The translations under genes and the position numbers were made by a program. The notes under the pieces were generated by a model. It was not told the DNA's origin, ran no database searches, and saw nothing but the letters and a program-made list of their open reading frames with translations. Source: Candidatus Phosphoribacter baldrii (GTDB taxonomy: Bacteria; Actinomycetota; Actinomycetes; Actinomycetales; Dermatophilaceae). Taken from it: a stretch of DNA of 64,000 bases. Below, piece by piece: positions 52,909-64,000 of the stretch. The DNA lies in the NCBI GenBank assembly GCA_016704565.1, contig JADIZV010000003.1:91869-155868 (forward strand), written 5' to 3'. Numbering within the stretch: position 1 is the stretch's first letter; the number at the start of each line of letters is the position of its first letter.

Positions 52909-54042
52909 ATGAGTCCCAGCCCTGAACCCCAGTACGGCTGGTTGCTGGGCCGGGTGGGCGGCATACCGGTGTATGTGGGTCGCTCGTGGCCGGTCATTGC
53001 CGTCGTTGTGGTGCTGACCTTCGGGCCGCAACTGGCCGGGGCGCTTCCGGGAGCGACGGGGTATGCCGTCGCCGCGGCATACGCGCTGCTGCTGTTGGTG
53101 TCCGTGTTGGTGCACGAGGCGGGGCACGCCATCGCGGCGCGGGCGACGGGCAACCGGGTCGACCGGATCGTGGCCAACCTCTGGGGCGGGCATACGGTGT
53201 TCGGCACGGCTAACCGGCGCCCTGGGACTGCGGCACTCATTGCCGTAGCAGGACCGGCCGGGAACCTCCTGCTGGCCGGGGTGGGCTGGCTGCTGCTGCA
53301 GGCCGACGTGGCCGACATCCCGTCGCTGCTCGCCTGGGCGTTGGCCTTCTCCAACGTGTTCGTCGCGGGGTTCAACCTGCTGCCGGGCCTCCCGCTGGAC
53401 GGGGGCTTCGTCGTGGAGTCTCTGGTCTGGAAGGTGACCGGGGATCGCTGGCTGGCCATGATCGTCGCCGGGTGGCTCGGGCGGATCGTGACCGTGGGTG
53501 CTGTGGTCTACTTCCTGGCTGAGCCGTTCCTGGCCGGTGAGCGGCCGTCGGTCGTGACCATGGTGTGGGTGGCGCTCATCGGGGCGTTCCTGTGGCAGGG
53601 CGCGACCCAGGCGATCCGGGGTGGGACAGCACGGCGAGCGGTCGCGCGCGTCACGGTGGGTCAGGTCCTGCGGCCGGTCGCCGTCGTGCCGGGGCATGCC
53701 TCCGCTGCCGGAGCCTTGGAGGCTTTCGGGCGGGCAACGGGGGCCGAGCGGGCGGTGCTAGTGGACCCGCAGGGGTCACCCGTGGGCTTCCTGGACCTGT
53801 CCGGGCTGGCGGCCGTTCCCGTGGAGCAACTGGCGACAGTTCCGGCCACTGCCGTCCTCGTGCGGCCCCCGACCGGCTGGGTGGTGCTGGCCGAGCCTGG
53901 AGACGATGCATCGGCTGTGGTGATCGCCTTAGCCGGACATGTCGAAGGCGAAATCGTCAAGGATGTCGTGTTGGTGCGGGATGCCGCCGGTCGCCTGCAG
54001 GGAACCGTGTCGTTGGCGGACGTCGAAGCGGCCCTGGGGTAG
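52909..54042 (+). CDS. Site-2 protease family (M50) membrane metalloprotease with C-terminal CBS-like region
   Basis: HEAGHAIAA zinc motif, [11 protein letters not shown] motif, multiple TM helices. Confidence 0.85.
   Translation: MSPSPEPQYGWLLGRVGGIPVYVGRSWPVIAVVVVLTFGPQLAGALPGATGYAVAAAYALLLLVSVLVHEAGHAIAARATGNRVDRIVANLWGGHTVFGTANRRPGTAALIAVAGPAGNLLLAGVGWLLLQADVADIPSLLAWALAFSNVFVAGFNLLPGLPLDGGFVVESLVWKVTGDRWLAMIVAGWLGRIVTVGAVVYFLAEPFLAGERPSVVTMVWVALIGAFLWQGATQAIRGGTARRAVARVTVGQVLRPVAVVPGHASAAGALEAFGRATGAERAVLVDPQGSPVGFLDLSGLAAVPVEQLATVPATAVLVRPPTGWVVLAEPGDDASAVVIALAGHVEGEIVKDVVLVRDAAGRLQGTVSLADVEAALG
53061..53082. repeat. Inverted octamer pair (6-nt spacer) inside the M50 protease coding sequence
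   Basis: gtatgccg tcgccg cggcatac. Encodes GYAVAAAYA. Confidence 0.8.
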
Positions 54043-54085
54043 TTCCGGCGTCAGTCTGCACCCGCCGTGCGGGGGTCTTGCGTCG

Positions 54086-54122
54086 CTGGGGCGTTGACCA
54101 CTCCCTGTGATCAACGCCCCAG
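54086..54122 (+). terminator. 12-bp-stem hairpin 44 nt after the M50 protease stop
   Basis: ctggggcgttga (13-nt loop) tcaacgccccag. No T tract. Confidence 0.4.
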
Positions 54123-54281
54123 GTCTGCGGCACCCGGTCTGGTGGTTGTCCACATCCCCCTCAGCCGTCGTCCCACTGTCCACAGCCGCAGCGCGCGGGC
54201 TTCTCTCCTGTGCCACCTCGCGGTGGAGTTGGTCATGGCGGAAGGCCGCGAAGGATGTCACACAGGGAAAGGCAGGTCACC

Positions 54282-55849
<1,568 letters not shown>

Positions 55850-55907
55850 CACCGCAGGGTGACGCATCGCCCGCCCGGCGGCGGCCCACTCAACGACAGG
55901 AGACGTC

Positions 55908-57710
55908 ATGGCGCAGGAGCCCACCGTGGACCCCGCCCCGGACGACGACGTTGACACGTTCGACGCTGCGGGCAGCGCCGAGCAGATTGCAGCAGACCTG
56001 GCCACGGCCCAGGTCACGGCCGAGGTTGCTCAGCTCCAGGCCGAGGTCGCTGATCTGCGCCGTGGACGCACCGACCCGACCCGCGTCCGCGAGTTGGAGC
56101 ACCGGATTGCCGCCCAGGCCAGCTCGATGGCGACCCTCTCGGCGCAGAACGAGCGCCTCGTGCGCACCCTCAAGGACGCCCGCAGCCAGATCGTCAACCT
56201 CAAGGCCGAGGTCGACCGCTTGGCCCAACCGCCAAACGCCTACGGTTTGGTCCTTGAACAGGCGGCCGACGGCGTCGTGGACATCCTCACGTCGGGCCGC
56301 AAGATGCGTGTCGCGGTCGGGGCCGCCCTGGAAGCGCAGGTGGTTCCCGGCCGTGAGGTCATGCTCAACGAGGCCCTGAACATCGTCGCGGTCAAGGGCT
56401 ACGAGAAGGTCGGCGAGGTCGTCCTGGTCAAGGAGATCCTCGACGACGACCGGGTCCTGGTCGTCGCTCACGCCGACGAGGAGCGGGTATGCCGCCGGGC
56501 CGAGACCCTGCGCGGCGAGCACATCCGGGTCGGGGACGCGCTGACCATCGACCCCAGGTCCGGGTTCGTGTTCGAGCGGGTGCCCAAGGCCGAGGTCCAG
56601 GACCTCGTGCTCGAAGAGGTGCCGGATATCGCCTACGAAGATATCGGTGGGCTGGCCGGTCAGATCGAGGCGATCCGTGACGCCGTGGAGCTGCCCTACC
56701 TGCACCCCGAGCTCTATCGGGAGCACCACCTCAAACCGCCGAAAGGCGTGTTGCTCTATGGCCCGCCCGGCTGTGGCAAGACCCTCATCGCCAAGGCGGT
56801 TGCGGCGTCGCTGGCCCGCAAGGTCGCCGAGAAGACCGGCAAGAAGGTCGAGAAGAGTTACTTCCTCAACATCAAGGGCCCGGAGCTGCTCAACAAATAC
56901 GTCGGGGAGACCGAGCGGCACATCCGGCTGATCTTCCAGCGGGCTCGGGAGAAGGCCTCCGACGGAACGCCCGTCGTCGTCTTCTTCGACGAGATGGACT
57001 CTTTGTTCCGCACCCGCGGGTCGGGTGTGAGTTCCGATGTCGAGACGACGATCGTCCCGCAGCTGCTCTCGGAGATCGACGGCGTGGAGCGGCTGGAGAA
57101 CGTCATCGTCATCGGCGCCTCGAATCGCGAAGACATGATCGACCCGGCGATCCTGCGGCCGGGACGACTCGACGCCAAGATCAAGATCGAGCGCCCGGAC
57201 CGTGAGGCAGCGCGGGACATCTTCTCGAAGTACCTCACCGTCGAGCTGCCGCTGCACGACGATGATGTCGCCGAGCACGGCGGCGACCGGGAGCGCTGCG
57301 TCGAGGCGATGATTCACACCGCCGTCCAGCGGATGTATGCCGAGAGCGACGAGAACCGCTTCTTGGAGGTCACCTACGCCGGGGGAGACAAGGAGGTCCT
57401 CTACTTCAAGGACTTCAACTCCGGCGCGATGATCCAGAACGTCGTCGACCGGGCCAAGAAGAACGCGATCAAGGAGTTCCTCGCGACCGGCCAGAAGGGT
57501 GTCCGGGTTGAGCACCTGCTCTCCTCGTGCGTGGACGAGTTCAAGGAGAACGAAGACCTCCCGAACACGACCAACCCCGACGACTGGGCGCGGATCTCGG
57601 GCAAGAAGGGGGAGCGGATCGTCTACATCCGCACCCTCATCAACACCAAGGACGGCACCGAGCCCGGGCGCTCGATCCACACCGTCGAGAACACCGGCCA
57701 GTACCTCTGA
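55908..57710 (+). CDS. arc: Proteasome-associated AAA+ ATPase ARC/Mpa
   Basis: N-terminal coiled coil, OB domains, Walker A GPPGCGKT, Walker [10 protein letters not shown]-terminal ...NTGQYL. Confidence 0.95.
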   Translation: MAQEPTVDPAPDDDVDTFDAAGSAEQIAADLATAQVTAEVAQLQAEVADLRRGRTDPTRVRELEHRIAAQASSMATLSAQNERLVRTLKDARSQIVNLKAEVDRLAQPPNAYGLVLEQAADGVVDILTSGRKMRVAVGAALEAQVVPGREVMLNEALNIVAVKGYEKVGEVVLVKEILDDDRVLVVAHADEERVCRRAETLRGEHIRVGDALTIDPRSGFVFERVPKAEVQDLVLEEVPDIAYEDIGGLAGQIEAIRDAVELPYLHPELYREHHLKPPKGVLLYGPPGCGKTLIAKAVAASLARKVAEKTGKKVEKSYFLNIKGPELLNKYVGETERHIRLIFQRAREKASDGTPVVVFFDEMDSLFRTRGSGVSSDVETTIVPQLLSEIDGVERLENVIVIGASNREDMIDPAILRPGRLDAKIKIERPDREAARDIFSKYLTVELPLHDDDVAEHGGDRERCVEAMIHTAVQRMYAESDENRFLEVTYAGGDKEVLYFKDFNSGAMIQNVVDRAKKNAIKEFLATGQKGVRVEHLLSSCVDEFKENEDLPNTTNPDDWARISGKKGERIVYIRTLINTKDGTEPGRSIHTVENTGQYL

Positions 57711-57740
57711 CCGGCCCCTCCCAGACCCTAGGGTGCTTCC

Positions 57741-57995
57741 ATGACCGATGACTTCCAGGCCGCCGTTGCTGCGGTTGGCACACTGACCAAGGACCCCGGC
57801 CCCCAGGTCAAGCTGGCGCTCTATGCGCTCTACAAGCAGGCCACTGAAGGCGACTGCCACGGCAAGCGACCGGGCTTCACCGACTTCGTTGGGCGCGCCA
57901 AGTACGACGCGTGGTCCGGCCTCGCGGGCACGTCCGCCGAGCAGGCGCAGGCTGACTACATCGCCAAGGTTGCCGACCTGCAGGCTGCCGAATAG
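57741..57995 (+). CDS. Acyl-CoA-binding protein (ACBP)
   Basis: 84 aa. KLALYALYKQATEGD and AKYDAW motifs. Confidence 0.8.
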   Translation: MTDDFQAAVAAVGTLTKDPGPQVKLALYALYKQATEGDCHGKRPGFTDFVGRAKYDAWSGLAGTSAEQAQADYIAKVADLQAAE

Positions 57996-58228
57996 CCACT
58001 CCGACACCGCGCCCCTCGACGGTTAGCCGCAGCTGTGTGCTCGACGGTGTGCGTCTGGCGGGGTAGTCACGCCCCGAAGCGCCCACCCTGACGCTCTCGC
58101 TCGGCCGATCAGCCCGCCGCGAGCATCGACAAGGCGACCCGCTGGCACCCCCAGCGCGTCGGCTCCGTCGATCGGTGCACGAGGAGTTCGAGCGTGCGCG
58201 TCAGCAGGTTCGTCGGCCACGCACGTCG

Positions 58229-58633
58229 TCACGCACCGTTGCCGCCACTACGGGCCAGCAGCCATCGGGAGCCGATCAGGAACACGGCCAACACCGTTGC
58301 GGCGACGAGGATGAAGGACAGGGCCGTCCCCTGGCCGGTCGCCGCGCGCAGCAGCATTCCCACGACCAGGGTGCACACCCACACCGGTATGCCGTTCCCG
58401 ACCGTCAGCGGCCAGCGTCCCGAGCGCCAACGCACCAGCGCCCACCCCGCGCCCAAACCCACGAGGAACGGCCACGCCGTCACCAACGCGCCGACCAGGG
58501 CGTTGTCTTCGGCATGACTGGCCCGGCCCAACGCCGCGAACACGACGACGAGAGCCGCGTCGAGTAGGGGAGCCCACGGCATACCGAAAGCGCGGGTGGC
58601 AACCTGCCGAGCAGGTGACGGGGAAGGGGTCAC
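58229..58633 (-). CDS. DUF3054 domain-containing membrane protein
   Basis: VVFAALGRASHAED motif, four TM segments. The start overlaps the upstream prs-like stop by 4 nt. Confidence 0.7.
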   Translation of the reverse strand: MTPSPSPARQVATRAFGMPWAPLLDAALVVVFAALGRASHAEDNALVGALVTAWPFLVGLGAGWALVRWRSGRWPLTVGNGIPVWVCTLVVGMLLRAATGQGTALSFILVAATVLAVFLIGSRWLLARSGGNGA

Positions 58634-59637
58634 AGCGTCGGCAACGTCGGGGCCTGCTCGCCGAACGGCAACCGGGGTTGCGGCGGCCCATGCGTCGGGT
58701 CGACCCCGTCGAAGAGCTTGGAGATCGACTTGCCCGCGTGGATCCGGGCGATCGCTTCGGCGAACAACTCGGCCACCGACCTCACCTGCAGCTCGGGCCA
58801 GCCCTGCGGCGGCGGCACCGTATCGGTGGTGACAACCTCAGTGATCATCGGATGCTCCCGCAGCCGCGCGACCGCGCGGCCCGTGAACAGGCCGTGAGTG
58901 CACGCCACCGACGCCTCAACACAGCCGAAGTCCTTGAGCCGGTCGAGCAGTTCGACGATCGACCCACCCGTAGCGATCTCGTCGTCCAGCACAATGGCCC
59001 GCCGCCCGGACACGTCACCGACGATCGAGTCGATGACGACCTTGTCGTCGGCCTTGCGCTGCTTGCTCCCGGCCGCGACCGGCAGGTTGAGCAACCGGGC
59101 GAACAGCGTCGCCGTCTTGGCGTTGCCCAGGTCGGGGGAGACGACGATGGCGTCTTTGAGGCTGCGCTGGCGGAAGTGATCGGCGAGCACCCCGATCGCG
59201 GTGAGGTGATCGACGGGGACCGAGAAGAAGCCATGCACCTGCGGCGCGTGCAACGCCATGGTCAAGACCCGGCTCACCCCCGCCGTGACGAGCAGGTCGG
59301 CCACCAAACGCCCACCGATGGAGATCCGGGAGGCGTCCTTCTTGTCGGACCTGGCATAGGCGTAGTGCGGCATGACCGCGGTGATCGAGGCGGCCGACGC
59401 TCCCCGGGCGGCGTCGATCATGAGGAGCAACTCCATGAGGTGCTCCTGGGTCGGCGGGACCAACGGCTGGATGATGTAGACGTCGCGTTGGCGGCAGTTA
59501 GCCAGCAACTGAGCCTGCAGGCAGTCGTTGGAGAACCGGCTGATGTCGACCCCGGACAACTTCACGCCCAGCCGGTCGCAAATCCGTCGAGCGAATTCGG
59601 GGTGTGCGTTCCCCGAGAAGACCACGACGTCAGACAC
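58630..59637 (-). CDS. prs: Ribose-phosphate diphosphokinase paralogue
   Basis: PHYAYARSDKKD, VSPDLGNAK and DDEIATGGS motifs. GTG 59637 follows GGGAGGG (the ORF extends to 59667). Confidence 0.8.
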   Translation of the reverse strand: MSDVVVFSGNAHPEFARRICDRLGVKLSGVDISRFSNDCLQAQLLANCRQRDVYIIQPLVPPTQEHLMELLLMIDAARGASAASITAVMPHYAYARSDKKDASRISIGGRLVADLLVTAGVSRVLTMALHAPQVHGFFSVPVDHLTAIGVLADHFRQRSLKDAIVVSPDLGNAKTATLFARLLNLPVAAGSKQRKADDKVVIDSIVGDVSGRRAIVLDDEIATGGSIVELLDRLKDFGCVEASVACTHGLFTGRAVARLREHPMITEVVTTDTVPPPQGWPELQVRSVAELFAEAIARIHAGKSISKLFDGVDPTHGPPQPRLPFGEQAPTLPTL

Positions 59638-59721
59638 GTGCACCCTCCCACTGGGCGAACCTGGCACTCACACCCTAGACCGTATGCCGGTCGACGGCGC
59701 AGCGAGGACGGTCATGCCTCA

Positions 59722-60693
59722 TCAGACATCACCCGGGGCGAGGTGGCGGCGCAGTTCGGTGACCAACTCCTGCTGGGCCTGTCGGCCGATGACTGTCGCC
59801 CCGGGGATGCTCGCAAACCCGTGCACGGTTTCGAGGTAATTCGTCACCCGGACCGGCACGCCCGCCTTCTCCAGACGCGCGGCATACGCGAGGCCCTCGT
59901 CGCGGATCGGGTCGATGTCGGCGGTCTGCACGAGGGCCGGCGGCAGGCCGGTGAGGTCTTCCCGCCAGTAGGGCGAGATCGCCGGATCGCGCAAGTCCAT
60001 CGGGTCGGGGCCGACGTAGTGGGCGATGAAGGCATCCATCTTGGCCTCGGTGAGCATCGGCGCGTTCGCATGCTGCCGGACCGAGGGGAATGACTTGGAG
60101 AGATCGGTCGCGGGGTAGATCAGCGCCTGGTGAGCGATCGCCGGCCCCCCGTCGTCGTATGCCGCGTGGCACACCAACGCCGCGAGGTTGCCGCCCGCCG
60201 AGTCGCCGCACACCGCCATCCGGGTGGGATCGCCGCCGAAATCCCCGGCAGCGGTTGCGGCCCACCGGGTCGCGTCGACCGAGTCGTGCACCGCCTGGGG
60301 TGCGTGGTGTTCCGGGCCCATCCGATAGTCGACGCTGATGACGACAGCACCCACGCGCGCGCTGATGAGCCCGCACAGCGGGTCGTATTGCCGCGTGCTC
60401 CCGAGCACCCAGCCGCCGCCGTGGAAGAACATCACCACCGGGTGCGGTCCGGCCCCGAGGGGCCGATAGATCCGGGCCTGGCGCTGGGATCCGTCACGCA
60501 CCGGGAACCATGCCTCAGAGACCCGGATGCCGGGCGGCATACCCCCGGTGACCCAGGTGAAGGGGCGCTTGAGTGGGGGGACGCGGGTGCGGGCCGCGAC
60601 GATCCCCGCGGCGTCCAACTCAGTGACTTTCGGGTAGGGCCCGTGGTCGAGGGCGAAGGTGAGCAGGCGGGTCCGCAGCGGCATCCGGGGCAT
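59722..60693 (-). CDS. Alpha/beta hydrolase, hormone-sensitive-lipase-type esterase (copy 1)
   Basis: HGGGW oxyanion motif, GDSAGG nucleophile elbow, DPIRDEG, VHGF. Confidence 0.85.
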   Translation of the reverse strand: MPRMPLRTRLLTFALDHGPYPKVTELDAAGIVAARTRVPPLKRPFTWVTGGMPPGIRVSEAWFPVRDGSQRQARIYRPLGAGPHPVVMFFHGGGWVLGSTRQYDPLCGLISARVGAVVISVDYRMGPEHHAPQAVHDSVDATRWAATAAGDFGGDPTRMAVCGDSAGGNLAALVCHAAYDDGGPAIAHQALIYPATDLSKSFPSVRQHANAPMLTEAKMDAFIAHYVGPDPMDLRDPAISPYWREDLTGLPPALVQTADIDPIRDEGLAYAARLEKAGVPVRVTNYLETVHGFASIPGATVIGRQAQQELVTELRRHLAPGDV

Positions 60694-60705
60694 AGGCCCA
60701 GTGTC

Positions 60706-61755
60706 TCAAGCCTTGGCGGCGCCCACATCCCCCACGGGGACGATCTGGGTCAACCGGGTCGGGTTGAGGTGGCGTCGCAACTCGCTGAGCAGCTCGTAGC
60801 GGGCCTGCTCACCGATCGTCGTCGCCCCGGGGAAACTCATGAAACCGTGCACAGTCCTCAGGTAGTTCGTCGCGCGGACAGGCACGCCCGCGTCGGACAG
60901 TCGCTCGGCATAGGCCAGGCCCTCGTCGCGCAGGGGGTCGAGGTCGGCGGTCTGGACGAGCGCGGGCGGCATACCGCGAAGGTCCTTGCGCCAGTAGGCG
61001 GAGACGATCGGGTCGGTCGGGTCCACGACGTCGGCGAGATAGTGCTCGGTGAACACCCGGATCTTCTCGGCGCTCAGCACGGGCGCCGCCCCGTGCTCGG
61101 CCGCCGAGGGGAAGGACTGGGTCGCGTCGGTACACGGGTAGAGCAACGCCTGGTGCGCGATCACCGGCCCGCCCTCGTCGTATGCCGCGTGGCACACCAG
61201 GGCGGCCAGCCCACCTCCAGCGCTGTCGCCGCAGACGGCGATGCGGGCCGGGTCTCCCCGGAAGGACTCGGCGTTGGCGTGGGCCCACCGCAGGCCGTCG
61301 ACACTGTCGTGCAACGCAGTGGGAGCGCGGAACTCGGGCGCCTGGCGGTAGTCGACCGAGACCACGACCGCCGGGATGCTCTTGGCCAGGAACGAGCACA
61401 GCGGGTCGTACATGCGCGTGTTGCCCAGGACATAGCCGCCGCCGTGGAAGAACAGGAGGATGGGCAGCGGGCCCCGGGCGTGGATGGGGGAGTAGATCCG
61501 CACCGGTCGCTCTGAGCCATCGCGGGTGGGGAACGTCGCCTCGCGGATGCTCACTCGACCGGACACGCCGCCGGTCACCCAGGTGTGCGGCCACCGGGCC
61601 GGAGCAGCCCACTGTCGGGCGTTGCGGATCTGCTCCTCGTCAAGATCGAGGATCGAGGACCGGCCGAAGCGCTCCAAGGCCACAGCGAAGACCGCCGTGC
61701 GCAGCGGCATACGGGGCCGTGGAACGCGACCCAGACGGGCGGTGGGACGAGGCAC
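60706..61755 (-). CDS. Alpha/beta hydrolase, hormone-sensitive-lipase-type esterase (copy 2, tandem paralogue)
   Basis: HGGGY, GDSAGG, DPLRDEG, VHGF. Clearly similar to copy 1 across the shared length (by eye). Confidence 0.85.
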   Translation of the reverse strand: MPRPTARLGRVPRPRMPLRTAVFAVALERFGRSSILDLDEEQIRNARQWAAPARWPHTWVTGGVSGRVSIREATFPTRDGSERPVRIYSPIHARGPLPILLFFHGGGYVLGNTRMYDPLCSFLAKSIPAVVVSVDYRQAPEFRAPTALHDSVDGLRWAHANAESFRGDPARIAVCGDSAGGGLAALVCHAAYDEGGPVIAHQALLYPCTDATQSFPSAAEHGAAPVLSAEKIRVFTEHYLADVVDPTDPIVSAYWRKDLRGMPPALVQTADLDPLRDEGLAYAERLSDAGVPVRATNYLRTVHGFMSFPGATTIGEQARYELLSELRRHLNPTRLTQIVPVGDVGAAKA

Positions 61756-61844
61756 CTTCCCATTGTGGCCCGACCGACGGGTGGATTAGGGGTGGATTTC
61801 TGTCGGTTTCCACCGCTGGCCCCTTGACCGGCCCCAGCAGGTCA

Positions 61845-61926
61845 GGTCCCGGCACGTCTGGTCCCGGCACGTCAGGTCCGGGCAGGCCTGGTCCCGGCAC
61901 GCCTGGTCCGGGCAGGTCAGGTCCCC
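61845..61926. repeat. About 5.5 tandem copies of a 15-bp unit (ggtccSggcaSSYct) in the esterase/dop divergent intergenic region
   Basis: Units start at 61845, 61860, 61875, 61890 and 61905, with a partial unit at 61920. Ends 18 nt before the dop ATG. Confidence 0.8.
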
Positions 61927-61943
61927 CGACATAGGGTGGGGGC

Positions 61944-63473
61944 ATGGGCGTGCGGCGGGTCATGGGGGTCGAGACGGAGTACGGCATCGCCGCGCCAGGT
62001 GACCCGAGCGCCAACCCGATGTGGCTCTCCGGACAAGTGGTCACGGCATACGCACGAGCGAAAGGTCTGCTCACGGGTCGGGGGGCGTGGGACTACGCGG
62101 ACGAGGCCCCGCTGCGGGACGCCCGCGGCTGGGAGTTGGGCCGGGCCTGGGCTGACCCAAGCCAACTGACCGACGTCGAGGACCCGACGATGGCCAACGT
62201 CGTGCTCACCAACGGAGCCCGGTTCTACGTCGACCATGCCCACCCCGAATACTCCGGCCCCGAGGTGACGACCCCGCGCGCGGTCGTTACGTGGGACCGC
62301 GCCGGCGACCTGGTCATGCAGGAGGCGGCCCGGCTGCTCAACCCCGACCCAGCTCGCCCGACGGTGGCGCTCTACAAGAACAACACCGACGGCAAGGGCG
62401 CGTCCTACGGCACGCACGAGAACTACCTCATGCGCCGGGAGACCCCGTTCCAGGACATCGTCCGAGGGCTCACGCCGTTCTTCGTCGCCCGGCAGGTCTT
62501 CGCGGGAGCCGGTCGGGTCGGCATCGGACAGGACTCGCGGACAGCCGGATTCCAGCTGACCCAACGGGCCGACTTCTTCGAGACCGAGGTGGGGCTTGAG
62601 ACCACCCTCAAACGGCCGATCATCAACACCCGCGACGAGCCACACTCGGCAGCCGACCTCTATCGGCGCCTGCACGTCATCATCGGGGACGCCAACCAGT
62701 GCGACGTCGCCAACCTCCTCAAGGTCGGCACGACCAGCCTGGTGCTGTCCCTCATCGAGGACCGGGCGCTGCCCGGGGACCTCACGGTGCTCAACCCGGT
62801 CTCAACGCTGCATGCGGTGTCCCACGACCCGACCCTGCGCACCCTCATCACTTTGCGCGACGGCCGCAAACTCACCGCGCTAGAGCTGTTGTGGATCTAC
62901 CACGATGCGTGCGCGGCATACCTGGCCGATCGGGAGGGGGATCCCACGGGGGCCGACGAGGACACTCAAGAGGTGATGACCCGGTGGGCCGACGTCCTCA
63001 CCCGCCTCGGGACCGACCCGATGAGCTGCGCCCGTGAGCTGGACTGGGTGGCCAAACTCCGTCTCCTGCAGGCCTATCGCGACCGAGACGGCCTCGCGTG
63101 GACCGAGCCGCGGCTGGCCGCCCTGGACATCCAGTGGAGCGACATCCGCCCGGCCAAGAGCGTTTTCGCCAAGTTGCGCGCCGCGGGGCAGGTCACCGAG
63201 TTGGTCACCTCCGCGGAGGCCGCCGCGGCCGTCACTACCCCTCCCGAGGACACCCGGGCCTGGTTCCGCGGCCAGTGCCTAAGCCGGTATGCCGCCCACG
63301 TCGTCTCCGCCTCGTGGGACTCGGTGATCTTCGAGGTTCCGGGTCAGACATCGCTGCAGCGCATCCCGATGCTGGAGCCGTTGCGCGGCACCCGGGAGCA
63401 AGTCCAAGACGTGTTTGACCGGAGTCCGGACGTCACCACGCTCCTGCGTGAACTCATCCGCTCCGGCGACTAG
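61944..63473 (+). CDS. dop: Pup deamidase/depupylase Dop
   Basis: RVMGVETEYG N-terminus, carboxylate-amine-ligase-like fold. Directly upstream of pup. Confidence 0.95.
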   Translation: MGVRRVMGVETEYGIAAPGDPSANPMWLSGQVVTAYARAKGLLTGRGAWDYADEAPLRDARGWELGRAWADPSQLTDVEDPTMANVVLTNGARFYVDHAHPEYSGPEVTTPRAVVTWDRAGDLVMQEAARLLNPDPARPTVALYKNNTDGKGASYGTHENYLMRRETPFQDIVRGLTPFFVARQVFAGAGRVGIGQDSRTAGFQLTQRADFFETEVGLETTLKRPIINTRDEPHSAADLYRRLHVIIGDANQCDVANLLKVGTTSLVLSLIEDRALPGDLTVLNPVSTLHAVSHDPTLRTLITLRDGRKLTALELLWIYHDACAAYLADREGDPTGADEDTQEVMTRWADVLTRLGTDPMSCARELDWVAKLRLLQAYRDRDGLAWTEPRLAALDIQWSDIRPAKSVFAKLRAAGQVTELVTSAEAAAAVTTPPEDTRAWFRGQCLSRYAAHVVSASWDSVIFEVPGQTSLQRIPMLEPLRGTREQVQDVFDRSPDVTTLLRELIRSGD

Positions 63474-63529
63474 GTTGGGCAGTGTCGGTCCGCGGGGCCG
63501 ACCCGCAGACCCGAGCAGGTGGAGGACCC

Positions 63530-63727
63530 ATGGCCAGCCAGGAGCAGAGCCGTCCGCAGCGGCGCGAGGGCGACCCGGACGCCGCGCCTCCGGACGCGCC
63601 GGTCGGTGGCGCCCAGACCCAGGTGTCGAACGCCGACATCGACAGCGTCCTGGACGAGATCGACGAGGTGCTCGAGGTCAACGCTGAGGAGTTCGTCCGC
63701 AGCTTCGTCCAGAAGGGCGGCCAGTGA
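63530..63727 (+). CDS. pup: Prokaryotic ubiquitin-like protein Pup
   Basis: 65 aa, disordered N-terminus, ...[14 protein letters not shown]-terminus. ATG 63530 follows GGTGGAGGA. Confidence 0.95.
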   Translation: MASQEQSRPQRREGDPDAAPPDAPVGGAQTQVSNADIDSVLDEIDEVLEVNAEEFVRSFVQKGGQ

Positions 63728-64000
63728 ACCGCACCACCCCGGCGGGAGACGCCCGGGCTGGGAGTCTCCCGACGGCATACCTGCGCCCGGGGAGTGCGTC
63801 GTTCACGGAGTTCGTCGCGGGCGTAGCGCCCGAGTTGCTGCCCGGGCGGCGGCCGCTGCCCGCCGGGATGTCCCTGGAGGCACCGCACGGGACGACCATC
63901 GTGGCGGCCGAGTTCGCCGGCGGGGTCATCGTCGCTGGTGACCGGCGCGCGACCATGGGCAACCTCATCGCGAACCGCGACATGGAGAAGGTGTATGCCG
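63724..64000 (+). CDS. prcB: Proteasome beta subunit PrcB, 3' end outside the window
   Basis: GTG 63724 overlaps the pup stop (GTGA). Propeptide followed by HGTTIVA (active-site Thr) and GDRRATMGN. Confidence 0.9.
   Translation, partial: MNRTTPAGDARAGSLPTAYLRPGSASFTEFVAGVAPELLPGRRPLPAGMSLEAPHGTTIVAAEFAGGVIVAGDRRATMGNLIANRDMEKVYA

Noticed and set aside
55890-58007. Very long antisense ORFs. Examples: 55890..58007 (-) 705 aa opposite arc, 25036..27129 (-) 697 aa, 20288..21580 (+) opposite glgC, 50212..51867 (+) opposite metH, 13904..15475 (+) opposite cphA, 11488..12780 (-), 58615..60093 (+).
   Set aside because: These are typical high-GC shadow ORFs. Their products are Arg/Gly/Pro/Asp-rich low-complexity sequence with no motifs, and each lies opposite a gene with clear family signatures.
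61640-62074. ORFs reading through the 15-bp repeat as a Pro/Gly-rich (PGPxV) repeat protein: 61640..62074 (-) or 61182..61934 (+).
   Set aside because: Both overlap the well-supported esterase and dop coding sequences in other frames and lack plausible start context. The repeat is better treated as non-coding.

Overview
High-GC (roughly 70% G+C, not computed) actinobacterial chromosomal segment, gene-dense and mostly core metabolism. The right half is syntenic with the mycobacterial uppP / mshC / metH / trmI / mpa / dop-pup-prcB region (Rv2109c-Rv2136c type). Left to right: ABC-F ATPase, TrpB-like enzyme, ABC exporter, SURF1, moaA and fabG-inhA. A cyanophycin locus follows: cphA and cphB, plus a convergent CphA paralogue that lacks the ATP-grasp domain. 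Then serB, glgC/glgA, NfeD-SPFH, a DUF222/HNH gene, TauE-TrmH-arginase and tRNA-Leu(GAG). A small integrase-less accessory patch sits directly 3' of the tRNA. It carries hipBA, higBA, a roughly 0.6-0.8 kb direct duplication flanking about 1 kb of cargo, and decayed second copies of higA and higB. After it come an M20 peptidase, AKR, LLM oxidoreductase, uppP and corA. Next is the actinobacterial three-gene cassette (phosphomutase / DUF3090 / SCO1664), interrupted by an orphan mazF. The window ends with mshC, PAC2, a RecB-like nuclease, a standalone MBL-fold protein, metH, a site-2 protease, an SSB-like gene, trmI, arc/mpa, ACBP, a prs paralogue, two tandem esterases, dop, pup and partial prcB. 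The most unusual signal is not a gene. The non-palindromic octamer CGGCATAC / GTATGCCG occurs about 100 times (about one per 630 bp, versus about 2 expected from base composition). It is on both strands equally, in coding and non-coding DNA, in all reading frames, and often as close inverted pairs. I found no CRISPR array, rRNA, transposase or integrase.
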